Source: Octopus bimaculoides
Taxonomy: Eukaryota
Direction: 5' to 3'
Assembly: GCF_001194135.2 (NCBI RefSeq)
Contig: NC_068981.1
Span: 53,077,901-53,141,900 of the forward strand
DNA length: 64,000 bases
A program made the translations under genes and the position numbers. Within the stretch, counting starts at the first letter, position 1. Each line of letters opens with the position of its first letter. The notes under the pieces are model-generated. The model made no database searches. It was not told the origin of the DNA and saw nothing but the letters and a program-made list of their open reading frames with translations. This document shows positions 35,245 to 49,149 of this stretch, piece after piece.

Positions 35245-35450
35245 CGTTTATTTATATACATATATTTATTTATATGAATATAAGCACACACACATACACA
35301 CACATGATAGTTGTCCAATAAATTTTCATGTGTCGAAGCTTCACCGTTTCATTCAGTCTTGTCCAATGATACAATAATTGTTAATTTACCGCTCTGCACT
35401 TGGATTATTTTTTCTAAGCATGAAATCATTCGGTAACATGAATTGGCTGT
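30300..35450. promoter_or_regulatory. CpG-retaining, probably unmethylated promoter-like domain with candidate first-exon donors
   Basis: About 18 CpG in 33240-33900 versus about 2 per kb in 2000-3000 (hand count). AAG|GTAAGT at 32314 and 33435 (+), GTAAGT at 32714-32709 (-). GA-rich tract at 30740-31050. Confidence 0.55.
34267..34354 (+). mobile_element. Hammerhead-SINE family copy 3: inverted pLTR tail joined directly to the tRNA head, cut by a gap
   Basis: tatagttctatatttaagagatgaggaattatgtacattatttaca followed by gggtgtatggggtagtggttaagagcgcgggctact. Confidence 0.8.
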
Positions 35451-35559
35451 ATTTAGACAAAATTTATATTGCATAAATAATAATCCATAATGTGTGTGTG
35501 TGTGTGTGGTATTTATATATACACTTATGATATACATGTGCATATATTTATATGCATGC

Positions 35560-35890
35560 ATACAAACACATGGTTTCAGGTTCAATTCCCCTGCATGGCA
35601 CATTGTATGTCTTCTACTATTGTCCTGGGCTGACCAAGGACTTGTAAGTTGATTTTGTGGATGGAAACTGAAAGAGTCATGTAGAGTATATGTATATATG
35701 TGTGTGTCTGCCGCCCTGCCCCACTACTGCTTCTGAAGTGGTGTTCGTTTCTTTACATCCCCATGACTTTCCACCCAAAAGGAAGGTTTCAAAAAAAATA
35801 AGTACTCGGTTTAGTCAGTTGTCCATTTAAACATTTCAAGTTAGTGCCCCAGCATGGCCCCAGTTCAGTAACTGAAACAAGTGAAAGGTA
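35560..35890 (+). mobile_element. Degenerate Meta/OR-type SINE
   Basis: catggtttcaggttcaattccc...gtcttctactattgtcctgggctgacc...gaaacaagtgaaag. Confidence 0.75.
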
Positions 35891-36028
35891 ATATGATGAT
35901 GATATATATATATATATATATATATACANNNNNNNNNNNNNNNNNNNNNNNNNNNNNNNNNNNNNNNNNNNNNNNNNNNNNNNNNNNNNNNNNNNNNNNN
36001 NNNNNNNNNNNNNNNNNNNNNNNNNNNN

Positions 36029-36077
36029 AATGTAAATAATGTAAATAATTCCTCATCTCTTAAATATAGAACTGTAA
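36029..36077 (+). mobile_element. Terminal tail of the Penelope-type pLTR (hammerhead-SINE family, copy 4)
   Basis: aatgtaaataatgtaaataattcctcatctcttaaatatagaactgta is the reverse complement of 10981-11025. Confidence 0.75.
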
Positions 36078-36298
36078 CTTTCTCAGTTATGATCAGTGTA
36101 AAGATTCTCCCCCACCCTCAAACCATGATCCATAACATTTTTTTGTCTATGGGTAACATATTTCATTTCAAATTCTCAGTGAAATAGATAAAGTGAAAAA
36201 CAAGACAGTGTACGAAAAATTTTGCTAAATAAAGCTAGATTTGTTTAGGATAAACTTGTGTCTGTCGTTTCTCACTTGGCTATTGTTTTCTTTTCAAG

Positions 36299-36341
36299 GC
36301 CAATGCAGAATGATTCTACAGATCTCTCCTAAATAGATAAG
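36299..36341 (+). other. Candidate 43-nt non-coding (5'UTR) exon containing two short uORFs
   Basis: Branch motif CTCAC at 36271, tattgttttcttttcaag| acceptor, AAG|gtactt donor; all three frames contain stops. Confidence 0.5.
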
Positions 36342-37104
36342 GTACTTCAGAACTTTACGTACCTTCATATGTGAAAAGTTGTTAGACTAATATTAAAATA
36401 ATTAAATATTTCATATTATTTTCGTGAAATATTCAGTTTTTGTTTTCTAGTTTTATTTTCTTGATAGTTGTTAAGTCAGTAGAAGAAATTCTTTAAATGT
36501 GTAAACTTGGTACTGGCAATCTTTTTGTAGTGGGCCTCGAAAACTATTGCTCATGATAAATTTAGCAAACACTGTTTGAACTACAGGGAATCTATACATT
36601 AGTTCACCATTATTTTTAATATAAGTTATATAATCATGGCATTACACATGTCATACAAAAATTCAGAAAGGCCTGCATCTGGTTCATTCTGGTTACATAT
36701 TTGAAAGTAATGACATGGTAGTATTAATCATAGAAGGGGTAATTTTTCAAACCTGTAGCTATATGAATTTGCAAAATCATAAATAAAATCAGATGAGAAG
36801 TTTACAAATCTAGTGCCCAATGCTGAACTTGGATTTTTGGAGAAAGAATGTAGCTCTATTTTTTATAGAGATACAACAGATGGTCATGATACCTAAGGCA
36901 GTGAAAATTTGCAAGAACATCAAAAAGTGAATGATTGTACAATGTGTGACAAAAAGAACAAAACCCAATTAAATTACAAAATTACAATCTTTCAACCAAG
37001 CAGTGGTTTCACACACACACATACACATACACACACTGAAATCAGTACCACAATTTTCTTAAAGTCATGAAAGAATAGTTTACATATTTATGTCTTACTT
37101 CAAT

Positions 37105-37297
37105 ATTTGTGCCAGTGGTACATAAAAAGCACCCAACACATTCTGTAAAGTGGTTGGCATCAGGAAGGACATCCAGCCCTAGAAACCATGTCAAAACAGA
37201 CAATCAGAGCCTGGACACCTCCCCAGTTGGCCAGCTCCTTTCAAACTGTCCAACCCATGCCAGCATGGGAAACAGACATTAAATGATGATGATGATA
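37105..37297 (+). mobile_element. RTE 3' tail copy
   Basis: gtgccagtggtacataaaaagcaccc...gtggttggcatcaggaagg...cagacattaaatgatgatgat. Confidence 0.8.
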
Positions 37298-40200
37298 AAT
37301 TACATTTTTTCCATGTATTTAATAACATAGTCTTTAATGCTGCCATATTTTAGTATATTCACTTCAATGATAGCCTCAAACTGAAATGGTTCTCTGCTCC
37401 TGGTATAGTTACATGGATTCTGAGAGCAGGTCAAGTCATGTACTAGAGTCCTGTTTGTAACTCAGAAATGATTACATTAGGATGGATATTTGATACAATT
37501 GGATAATGAGTGCTGGGTGTAAAAGTTTGCTTAGTAGAAGATTCTTCTGGCAGAAAACTCAGGAGGAATTGTGAAGTAAAATCTGAGAATATTGTACTTC
37601 ATAGCTGAGAGAATGCAAAATTATGACAAATGGCAGTTTGCCATTCTGCAGACCCTTTCAATATGTGGTAGCATGGAAATGTGGGCGTTGAACCATTGAT
37701 GATAAAGAATTATCCTTACAATTTTTTTTATTCTGCTTTATAATTATTGTTTACACTACATTAAGGTCCTGCTCACTCTTGTCCAATGCACTACAGAAGG
37801 CCACTTTGCATTACAACTCATTTGTGCTAATTTATATCATTAATTTTAATTAATTGAATCCATGAGAATGACTATCTATATTTGAGCTTTCAGAACTAGA
37901 TTGTATAAAAGATAAAAGAAAACATAGGAATCCTCTGCAGATGTGTTGCTAGTCTTGATTCATAGCCCATTCATTGATATCTTTTCTTTTGTTTGACATG
38001 TGTTAGCACATGTCATTTAACTAAAGTTTTTTTTTTATAAGTTCTCTTTATAGCCATTTCTTCCAGATGTTGCAAAATTTCATTACACTAGCAAAATATA
38101 ACAATAGCATCAAAACAGGCACACCAAACAGTTATTTCAAAGTTTGTGACTATTTGACTAAACTTCACATAAATTAGTATGCTGATGACAAACAATCTTT
38201 TTTAATACTTAATTGATTGCTTTGGAATATAAACATGAAAACTGTACCACTTGGGATACTATTTAATTATAATGTAAAATAAGTTTAGATTAAATAAAAC
38301 TATATGTATAATTAGCTATTTGTTTTGATCATACTTTTCATCATTTTGCCTGTTCATATAATAGCTTCAAATTATGAAGATAGGATCTCCTTTAGTATGT
38401 TGCTGAAACATTAAAGTAGTGTTTGTGAGTTGGAACATGAAATTACTAATAAAATATTGGTTTCAAATTTTTGCACAAGGCCAGCAATTTTGATCCCAAT
38501 GATCAACTGGTACTTATTTTATCGACTCTGAAAGGATGAAAGGCTAAGTTGACCTTGGCAGAATTACAAATAAAATATTGACTGTAACCTATGACAACAG
38601 AACACTCACTTCATAGAATTAGTTTGGGGAGTTAAATGTCACAGAATTTATAAAATAATTTTGAATTGTAGAGTAGCAAAAGTTAAGATTGACATTTTAG
38701 TGATGAATTAAAACACTGACACACAAATTGTGTTGTGTCAATTGTCAAAATGTATTAGTTTATTATACTTGCATCATCTTGCTGAAAATAAACATTGAAA
38801 ATATATTCAAACTGTTCAAAGACTTTTTGATAATTCAAGAAAATATCTGAACTATGATTCCTTCTAGCTGAAAGAGTTATCCACCTGATGACTGATGTCC
38901 TGTGAATAAACTGTTATACCAGAAACACGTACACTAAGCCCCTTATCATAATCATTAGATTACAGAATCCTGTAATCTAATAAGCAGAGCAGATGGTGCT
39001 GACTTGGGACTCTAGTATGAAGTTGAACTAGATTGATCTAGTATCTATTCCTGTCAGCTGGGTGAATTGATATGATGTGAAGTAAAAGGTTCTACCCAGC
39101 ATTACTTAGTCATTTTGAGCCCTAGAATATTTAAGACATATATATCATTATTGATTTCTGATATCATATCAGATCCAATATTTGACTGGTACTTATTTTA
39201 TCAACCGTAAAAGTATGAAAGGCAAAGTTAACTCAGGTAGGTTTTGAATGAAACAACAAAAGACTTTTTGTTCAGCAAGTCATCTGTTTCTGTCAATCTA
39301 CTGCCTTAAATTTATATGTTATTGTTGACAGATATTCTTGTATTGTTTCAGCCAACTTTTTGTATCATACTAGGCTACCATCAAGGATAATTTCTAAAGA
39401 AATTTATTATTCTGAAACTATGAAGATATTTCATTGCCCGCTTCTATATCTTAGAATTAGAGAAACACAGAAAATATTTTCATTCTTACACAGTTTTGTT
39501 TGAATTTGTGTGTTTGTACAAAAACATAACTAATTTGATAGGTTATTAGGTAGTAACTTGTTAGTAACTTGTTACAGAATCATGTAGTTATTGAGAAAGA
39601 CATAACTCTCAAATTCTTCTCTTCATTTAACTATAAGGCATTCTGCAGAGTAGGACTTAAGTCACTACCATAGACAGCAGCAACACAGCTTGCAATTCTG
39701 AGCTTAGTTTTCCTTAAAATGTTGCTTCCCACGAGATTAAATTGTAAATATATGGATCTGGTTACCTGTTGATGGATACTTTTGGAGTATCAACAAAATT
39801 AGGAAGCAAGCTATATGCATACAGTTACACAAATTTTTTATAGTAATAAAGTGGGCTTATAATAATTGTGCAATAATTCTAAAGATTTCAGTTTGAGGGA
39901 GATGTTTCTATTATGATTAGCTGAATGTGATCAAATTGGTATCTATATATGCTTAAGTATTTTGTAAATTTAAATATGTTTCTAATTATATCGTAATAGA
40001 TTCATGTTTCACTAATTTAGAGAATTAGAGCTGATCTTTAGTCCATTGTAGAATGTTCTTAAGTTTTGAGATAATGTTGACAATTTTACATTAAACAGAA
40101 TTTTGTTCTAGTAACAGCTTTGGCTGTATAGTTAAGAAGTTTCCTTTGTTACATTCTGCATTCAACCTTGATATGTGGTACCTTTGCTTTATGTGTTCTG

Positions 40201-41449
40201 TCATAATTTGGGATTGACTAATACTATTTGAATGGAATTTGATAGACTGAAACTGTGCAGAAGCCCATATTGTGTCTGTATACATGTACATAGCTATCTA
40301 TCTATCTATCTGTCTCCAATATGTACAGGTGAAAAAATTGAAAGACTAGTGTTTTTAACAATGTCCCTTGCAGTATTTTCTATGCTCTTATCGCAAACAT
40401 TTCCTTGTCATTCTTACCATCTGAAAAGCCTGTTGAAAACCTGTCACCAGTAGAGTTATTTAATAAAGTTTTTAATGAAAATGTTACTGTGGTTTTAACA
40501 TGCATTTGAACACAATAAGAAGCAGAATTTAAATGAACAATGTACAATAAATTTTAGTTCTGTCTGTTCTTAGGTATTATCTATCCATATAACCACTAGC
40601 ATATATGTTTAAATAAACAGCAAATTTGAAGTAATTTTATGTCCTGCCTAAATCTTTTTCATAATTTTATATAGTAGTGTGCAAAAGATTCAGGTTCACT
40701 ATAAAATTATTTTAGATCTGGTATTTATTAATATGTTGATATTTTAGCTTTGGTAGGAGAGTCTGTCCTCTGTTGCATAATTTAACAGATTTACATTTAT
40801 TTTGTTGGAAATTTAAATGTTAATTAAATTTACAACACACTTGAAATACATTTGTAAGAAACAAGAACTCGTTACACACAGATCATGTGACAGAACTCAA
40901 TCAAATGTCAGTTACTAAAGTATATCCATTTATATGCGAAATGAATCTTGAGAAGTGAGTTTATCAGTTTATTAATGCTTTCAGATATTAGCAAACTGTT
41001 AGAGCAAGTGTCTTTATTAATGTGAGGTTTTCCTACAACTACTGATCAATAACAGGTATGGTATTTGTTGGCTATACATATAAATGTAACTAGAATGTCT
41101 GACCCAGAGGCACAAAATACCAGCTCATTCAAGGTTAATAGTGTTGCATCAAAGAATCTATTTCTAAGGGTCAGCATGAAAAACTTTTCTTGTTTGACAA
41201 TTTATAAATGGAACATAGAAGAAACACTTGTATCTAAAAATCTACTATTGCAAATATCAAATAATTTAACATAGATTTACAAATATTAGAATCAATGAAA
41301 TTCTTATTGCAGAAATTTAAACAGTTCCGTTAGGAACATTTTTTTTCTAAAGCAGACAAGATCTGTTGGATGCAACCAGTGAATGTATTTGGAAATAACG
41401 TGTATTTATTATTTTTTTTTAAGCCAAGAGCTTAACTCACACTCTTTCT

Positions 41450-42300
41450 TTTTGGAAAACAAGCCATTTTAAGAAAAAGTAGCTTGAGATATTTTGTTTT
41501 AACCATATGCTGTGGAATGGTATCAGTGGAGCATCTCCACTGTATATAACTGGGCAGCATAGAGGAATGGTGCAAATAAACTGATTATGGAAGGTTCAAT
41601 TTTTCATGCAATACATCTGTCTATTCTAGATGAATGCTTTGCATAGCATATTCAGCCAACTCAACTCAGTCCAAAATAATACTCCCAGCATCATCATATT
41701 TGATGGAGTAGATGCTAGCAAAATCTTACAGCACAAGAGACAGGTTTGCTGTAAGAATAGTACTGTATAAAATGCATGGAAACTGCAGTCTACTGGAATT
41801 CAGAGCTATGCTGCTATGGCAGTGCTTGATACCAAAACCCACACATTGCACAGGAGCTTTCAGCACGTGTTTATCAACGTATGAATCAAACTTATAGAAG
41901 TATTTCTATACCTCTGTAGAAATAACCTTTAACTGGTAGAGCATACTTTCAAAATCTGAGAGCAGATATTTTCAGTTACTTTTACCGTTGATGGAGTAAT
42001 GGACCAGTCATTGGTTTGTTGAAACACTCTTTCAACTCAAATGTTCTATAAAAGATGTTATACAAAGACTAGTGCTGTCATATCTGTGAATGCCTGATGC
42101 CATGATTCACGTATTGAATGAGAGCTTTCTGCATTTGGCTATTAATAGATGGGACAAACTTCTGGAAGATACAATTGCAGCTACCTCAGTGGATGGAACT
42201 CTAGCTTTCAAAACCATGGTGCACAAACAGTTTGCCACCTTCACTGTTGATAATGCAGGGAACAAATGATTGATTTATTGAACTCCTCCCTGAGTTCATA
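41450..42300 (+). mobile_element. Possible very old I/Nimb-like LINE remnant
   Basis: THCTGAFSTCLSTYES resembles the (L)CTGAFRTSP..SL motif; otherwise heavily decayed. Confidence 0.3.
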
Positions 42301-42477
42301 CAAGCAAGCCTATTTTCCTAAAAGCTATGAACAGTGATGAAGTAAACAAGAAGACATTAAAAACATGTAAATCTAGAGTAAAGTAAATAGTAAATGTCAG
42401 CAACATTCTTGTATAAGAATAATATATGTACGTACGTAATACATACATACATGCATACATGCATGTGTGTGTGTGTG

Positions 42478-43109
42478 TATATGAAGAATGTTTCAAAACT
42501 TTTGCACTTGATTTGATCCCTTTTGTCACTGATCTGAAATTATTGTTTTATTTGTTGCTTTGTCGTTAAGGTTGTTTGGCTTGAACCGTTTGATCAGATA
42601 TTATTATGTATGACTTTCTGTAGGTTGGCCGCCCTGCCTTTAGCACTTGCATGCTAAAAAGTGATTCTCTTGTGGTTACATAACCAAGGTTTGACCTTGA
42701 TCACTCCAGTTTTCTTTCTTGTGTTACAGAATAAAAATGGCCACTCCATTGGCAGTGTGCACCAAGGAAGAACAGAGATCAGTGATCCATGACAAGCTTT
42801 GCTTCTGCAAAGTCTGTGTGAGATGGGTGCCAAGAGAGTTACTGAAGCACATAAGTGCAGTCATGTGGCAATCTGTCAAAGCTTAGTCACTACCATGGTG
42901 AAGGTGAAGATTTTTTGGAGAGAATAGTCACAGGAGATGAAACTTGGGTCCATGACTTTGAGCCAAAATCCAAAGCAAGCTTGTGGACTACTGGAAGAAG
43001 TGTGTTGAAAATCAAGGAGACTATAGCGAAAACTGATGTAATTGTTCAACCCTAGTGTATGTTTTAAATTACAGAAATGGTTGCATATAATTTATGACAC
43101 ATCCTTGTA
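42478..43109 (+). mobile_element. Internally deleted mariner
   Basis: MATPLAVCTKEEQRSVI fused to HDKLCFCKVCVRWVPREL, then RIVTGDETWVHDFEPKSK; degenerate TIRs tatatgaagaatgtttcaaaac / ttatgacacatccttgtata. Confidence 0.8.
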
Positions 43110-43157
43110 TACACACACAGAAATGGTCATGTGATTAAGAAGTGCTTTTTGCAACTA

Positions 43158-44423
43158 TTAGGTTGGCAACTAAGTTCCCGCCATTTTTTTAAATTTAAAT
43201 TTTATAAAGGGTTTAATAAAAAATAACAACTAATTAATCAATAATGTATTCACCCTTGTTGTTTACAACTTCTTCCCAACGTTCAACAAGATTTTCAATA
43301 CCTTGTTGGTAGAAATCACCTGATTTCGACTTGAAAAATTGATCCAACCAAGCTCTCAATTCTGCATCAGTATTAAACGAAACTCCGCGCATAGCATTTG
43401 AAAGAGATCGAAAGAGATGGAAATCCGTTGGTGCCAAATCAGGAGAGTACGGCGGGTGTAGCAGCACTTCCCAACCATGCGTTTGAATGGCTTCCTTGGT
43501 CATATTGGCAATATGAAGGTGGGCATTGTCATGCAGCAGAAGAACTCCATGCTGCTGATTAGGTTTTTCTCTTGAATAGCCCTGTTGAGTCATTCTATCT
43601 GTTGAACATAGAGTTCTGCGTTGACTGTTTGGTTCCGTTCAAGCAATTCATAATGGATAATTTCTTCCCAGTCTCACCATATGCACCACATCGTTTTATG
43701 TGGATGAAGATCTTATTTCATGTGCGGTGTCGCTTGTTTACCGGGGCTAAACCATTCCTAATACTGCTTCATATTGATGTATAGGCACCATTTTTCGTCG
43801 CCAGTAACTTTTCGGTAAAGAAATTGTTGCTTGCATCCATGAGTTGAGCGGTGACGAGCAAGCAAACCAGTGGAGATTGTGGCTCGTTGATTTTAGTTGT
43901 TGTCATTTAAAGCATGCAGAACCCATGCTCCATACTCCTGAACCTTTCCCATTGAGTGAAGATGCTTCTCTATAGCAGTGTGGGAGCATTCCATTTTCTC
44001 AGCCAGTTCCATTGTTGTTTGACGAGAATTTTCGTGCAAAAGTTGGTTTAATCACTCTTCATTGAACTCAACTGGATGGCCAGAATGAGGTGCATCTTTG
44101 AGGTCAAAATTTCCATTTTTGAATTTGGCATACCAATGATGAGTGGTTCTTTCAGCTATGGACCCTCTCCATACACAGCACAAATGTCGCGAGTGGCTTT
44201 TGTAGCCTTAGAACCTTGATTAAAAGCAAAAAGGTGTCGAAAATGCTTGTTTTTCTTAACTTGACATTCCATTTTAATGATCTGAAAATAAACAGAAATT
44301 AACTAAAATTAACTAGAAAAAGAAACAAAATAGATTCCAAAATGATTCAAAATTAGAATTCTCAAAAAAAAAAAGATTCCAAAATTTTAAAATGCAATAA
44401 ATTCCAAAATTAAAAAAATGGCG
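43158..44423 (-). mobile_element. Mariner (DD34D), near full-length transposase pseudogene 43234-44272; one TIR truncated
   Basis: TA + TTAGGTTGGCAACTAAGTTCCCGCCATTTTTT; only AAAAAAATGGCG remains at the other end. MECQVKKNKHFRHLL...VTGDEKW...HDNA...YSPDLAPTD with 34 residues between D2 and D3. Confidence 0.93.
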
Positions 44424-44799
44424 TAGCTCTTTGCTCTGACATTTGAAACTCTGAGTACTATAATGACAACCTTTTACTGTTTGTTCTAAATTATAACGTA
44501 TGTAAACACTCCTCTATTTCTCTAATATTGAGGTCTCATTCTTTTGTTGTTACATTTTATTATATATATACACACACACACATAATCATTAACATATATC
44601 TCTACAGACATATCTATAATATATCTGTGATTGTTTGTTTGTGAGTGTGTATGTGTATGATTCAGGTTTGGATGAATTATTGCTGTTGTCATAAAGAGGA
44701 ACAGATAGTCACACACAGAGTGAAGTGGGGACAGCAGAAGGAGATTGAAGAAATTTTTCTAAATTTACTGGCCTACATGGAAAATTGTGGTGTTGTGAT

Positions 44800-45450
44800 G
44801 TATATATCAACATAATGTAATATTTTCACAATATCCCTTCTCTTTCAAGGCAAGCATGACCAAGGAGAGTGATGACGAAAGGAGTGAAAGGGGAGGGTGT
44901 GGTATGATGGGAGAAACACAGTGATAAGTGAAAATGTAATAGAAGAGAGACAGTACTAAGCACATGTTGGTTCTTCTTAAAGAGAGTGAATAAGAAACAT
45001 CATGAGCAACATGATAAAATATGGAGATGAGTGGCAGAGAGCGGGTGATGGACAACATTAAAGATGGACAATGTCAAGTGGCAATGGTAGTTGTCATTGG
45101 CATAGAGTGATGTGGATAGAGAGGAATAGTTTATGGTAATGAAGAATGACATTAGGGAGTACTGGATATAGACAGATTTAGTGCCATCCCTTGTTATACA
45201 TGTATAACAAAAGAGAGGTAGTTTGATTGAGAGGTGAAGGTTGAAGAGGTACTGAATAGTAATGGATCTTTGTGGTGAGATTAAATATGAACAGATTAAA
45301 TGGTATTCCTCATTACACAGGCAGCATGATGCAGCAGATAGGAGACAGAATGAATGATAAATGAGAGGGTGAGGCAGAGGCCAATAGATGGAAACTTAGC
45401 AGGAATACAAAGAGCAAGAGATGCAATGTACATATATTATACATCCTAAG
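44800..45450 (-). mobile_element. Possible decayed Penelope-like element 3' region (similar C/T-rich tracts at 50280-50470, 53690-54120, 56920-57650)
   Basis: Minus strand (Y)VHCISCSL resembles the GIY-YIG NIIYCISCSLC motif; composition bias only elsewhere. Confidence 0.3.
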
Positions 45451-46369
45451 TCTACCCCTCCTTGACCATTTTAAAACTGTTTTGCTAGGCTTGCACTATG
45501 ATATATATTTTTTGTTGAACATTTCTCCTTGATAAAGACATGTTTCTAAATTTGCTGATCTGCAGGAAAGACTCTAGTGTTGACATGCATGCATACATAC
45601 ATACATATGTATGTGTGTAAATACGTATGTACATGTATCAACCAATTAACCACAAAGTTGACATATACATAAATGACATATATTTTCTTTCATGTTTACT
45701 GTCACACATGCATACTTATACATAGAAGCAATACACATACATGCATACATGCATGCATGCATATACACAAACATATAAATACATATGCATATACACAAGC
45801 ATAATATATTCACTAACACATATGCATATGTACATATCTATTTGTGGTTGCTGGTTCGTGAGTGTGTATGCATATGAATCAAGGTTGGACGAATTATTGT
45901 TGATGTCAGAAAGAGGGACAGACAATCACACACACACAATGTTTGTGCTAGGTACATACATCTGTATTTTTTCTTTCAGATACACGATACATATATGCAT
46001 GCCCAAATGTACATACCCACTCACAAATATATACAAAGACACATACTTCCTCATACATATACACATAAATATACATGCTCTTGCATAAATGATCAAGTTC
46101 ATATGTATACGTGTGACATATGCACTCACTACATGACATAATTACAGGCAGAGAGGGGCTATGCAACTTCTTTTGATATTTTCTATAAACCCAGGCAACA
46201 CTGGGTTTAGTATATTTTATATTTTGCAAAGATGATATATTTGCTCAAAGACTGTTTAGGCTGCTATATTACTTAATTCCTTCATATTACACACAGAACA
46301 AAAGAAAAAGAGTAAAAATTGGTGCTTTTGTTGTAGGCTGCCAGTACATAACATTTATTTATACTTTAG

Positions 46370-47150
46370 ATGTTCTGAGAGCATAGCTACTAGAATAAGA
46401 GTAGGTTGGGCAAAGTTCAGAGAGCTTTTACCTTTGTTGGCAACAAAGGCTTCTCCCTCTGATTGAAAGACAGATTGTATGATGCCTGTGTGCAAATAGC
46501 TATGCTACATGGCAGTGAAACATAGGCTGCAATGGCAGAGGACAAGCAAAGGCTTGAAAGAAATTAATCTAGTATGCTCCACTGGATGTACAGTGTCAGT
46601 GTACATGTACAACTGAGTGTTAGAATCTTGAGAGAAAAATTGGGCATAAAGTGGCATCAGATGTGGTGTGCAAGAGAGATGTCTATGCTGGTATGGTCAT
46701 GTGATGTCCATGGATGAGGACAGCTGCGTAAAGAAGTGCTGATCTCTAATTGTGGAGGGAACCTGTGGAAGAGGTAGACCCAGGTGGTGAAGCATGATCT
46801 TCGAATGTGGGGTGTCATGGAGGCAATAAGTGATCATAACCTTTGGTGATTTGCTGTGCTTGAGAAGATTTGTCAAGCCAAATGAAAGTGAAGTTGTGGC
46901 TGGTGCTGGTGACATGTAACAGCTTCAGTGCTGGTGACACATAAATGCACCAATGCCAATGACATATAAAAGGCACCCATTACACTCTTGGAGTGGTTGG
47001 TATTAGGAAAGGCATTCAGCCATAGAAACCAAGCCAAATTCAGACTAGAACCTGGTGCAGCTCTCTGGCTTATAAGTTCCAGTCAAGTAGTCTATCCCAT
47101 GCCAGCATGGAAAGCAATCATTAAATAATAATGATAATGATGATGAAGAT
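46370..47150 (+). mobile_element. RTE LINE 3' fragment, degenerate
   Basis: gagagcatagctactagaataagagtaggttgggcaaagttcagagagc...ggaagaggtagacccagg...tail with (GAT)n. Confidence 0.88.
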
Positions 47151-48796
47151 GAGGAGGAGGAGGAGTCTATGCTGTGCATCCCACTTTCCAAGAATGTGTC
47201 AGGTCAAAATCAGTTCACCAGCTTTAAACATTGGATGGCCACATTTGTGTTACACACAGAGAATTGTTTTTCAGATGATGCCTGTTACAAATCGATGGTC
47301 ACTTGGAATCAACAATCACAGAAGTAGATACTTCACATTCATCCTTAAATCTTTCAGATAAAACTAAATTGTTTCCTAATACTTTTTGTACTCTTAAAAG
47401 AACTAAGAATATATGTACCCAAAAAAAACAATAGATATTGGAAAAACTTACTGATTAGAAAAATTATTTATTTGCAGTAATTACAGACAATTATCACAGT
47501 ATTTTTTTTATGGGGTGCAGATGGGGAGGGGGTCAAAAAAAAAATTTTATGTTAAACATTTGTTTCTTTACTTATTCATTTTCATGTGGCTCAACTTGAA
47601 CTTGAACGCAACAATTCCTAATGAATCAATATTCTTGGACAAATTGCAGATCAACATTTTTTCAAGGAATTCATCAAAAAATATCAATCTAACTACATGT
47701 GTCTACATGAATGAATATATGTATGTAGAACACTTTCCACTTTTTTGTACCTATATATCTGAAATTTTGCACAGGGGTACATCTTTGTGGTTCTTTAAGG
47801 ATAATGTTATAAGCTCTGTAACTTTTGATATTTTCTATAAAGCCAGCTGGAGGAGATGTCTTCCTGGGGCTACAAGCTACAGTAGCATCAACCCTTAAGG
47901 GTTAGCCACATTTAGGTGACAAATATACCTCACAATATATACCACGTCATGTACCCAGTTATGTATCTATATGTACATGTAGATGAAGGTATGTACATAC
48001 CTGTACATATATATGCATATACTCATATATTGTTTATATATATATATATGTATGTATATGAAATGGAATAGAGGAAAGTATGCATTGAAATGCATAATTC
48101 AAAACATGTAGGCACTCAAAAGGGATTATCATGGAATGTAGCAACAGAATATAGACGGAAGTGTATAGAGTAAATGAAGGTCTAAATAGGAGCCCTGGAT
48201 TAATATATCAGAACTAAAGTAGGAAAAAAATGCTTTATGTAAATATATATGCCGAAAGGTTGTGGAAAAAAGTATTGGATTAGAAAGATAAGTGATTTGT
48301 AAGTCAAGAATAAAATGCAGGGTAAGATATAAATACAATTGTTAATAAACAATATATGAGTGTCAGTGTGGAAATTTGGTAGGACTATGAAGTAAAAACA
48401 GAGAATATCAGAAATATTAAATATTTGAGTAAATAGGTACCCAAGGCTATATATATGAAGAGTAGTACTATACAGATTCATTTAGTTTAACAAATAATAA
48501 AGCTAATTTAACAAATCTAATAAAATGTGGAAAAAATATTTGTTCTCAGATCACAGAGAAACCTATAAATGTATAAGGCTACACTGTGTATTAAGCTGGT
48601 AAAACATAACAGTAAAATGAAACCATAAAAAAACAAGCACGTATGTCTTATAAAAAGAAACGAGGAGAAATGTACAAAGCTATATCCTAGTGCTTATTAA
48701 AGTTGGTAATCTTAGTAAAGATAATTTCATAGACTTTTGTAGTGCAGAAACTGCAATTGTATTCTATTCCATGAATGCAATTTAGTTCTAGAATTC

Positions 48797-49050
48797 ATCA
48801 TCATCATCATCATCATCGTTTAACGTCCGCTTTCCATACTGGCATGGGTTGGATGGTTTGACTGAGGACTGGCAAGCCAGGAGGCTGCATCAGGCTCCAA
48901 TCTGATCTGGCAAGGTTTCTACAGCTGGATGCCCTTCCTAACGCCAACCACCCTGAGAGTGTAGTGGGTGCTTTTTACATGCCACCAGCATGGGGGACAG
49001 TCAGGTGGTACTAGTATTGACCATGCTCAATGTGCTACCAGCACGTAAAA
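48797..49050 (-). mobile_element. RTE 3' tail copy
   Basis: (CAT)n cgtttaacgtccgctttcc...gcccttcctaacgccaacc. Confidence 0.88.
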
Positions 49051-49149
49051 ATTGATTTCTGATTTTGAGTTGTAAGGTATATTAGAATACTTAATTCTCA
49101 AACATAACTAGGAAATGAGGTAAAATTGCTTCTGATAATGATTAGAAAT

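Noticed and set aside
38875-38985. Second hammerhead-like string (CTGATGA...GAAACACGTA) next to a 12-bp perfect hairpin at 38953-38980
   Set aside because: Stem I cannot form (ATCCAC versus CACTAA) and stem II is poor; at most a decayed motif.
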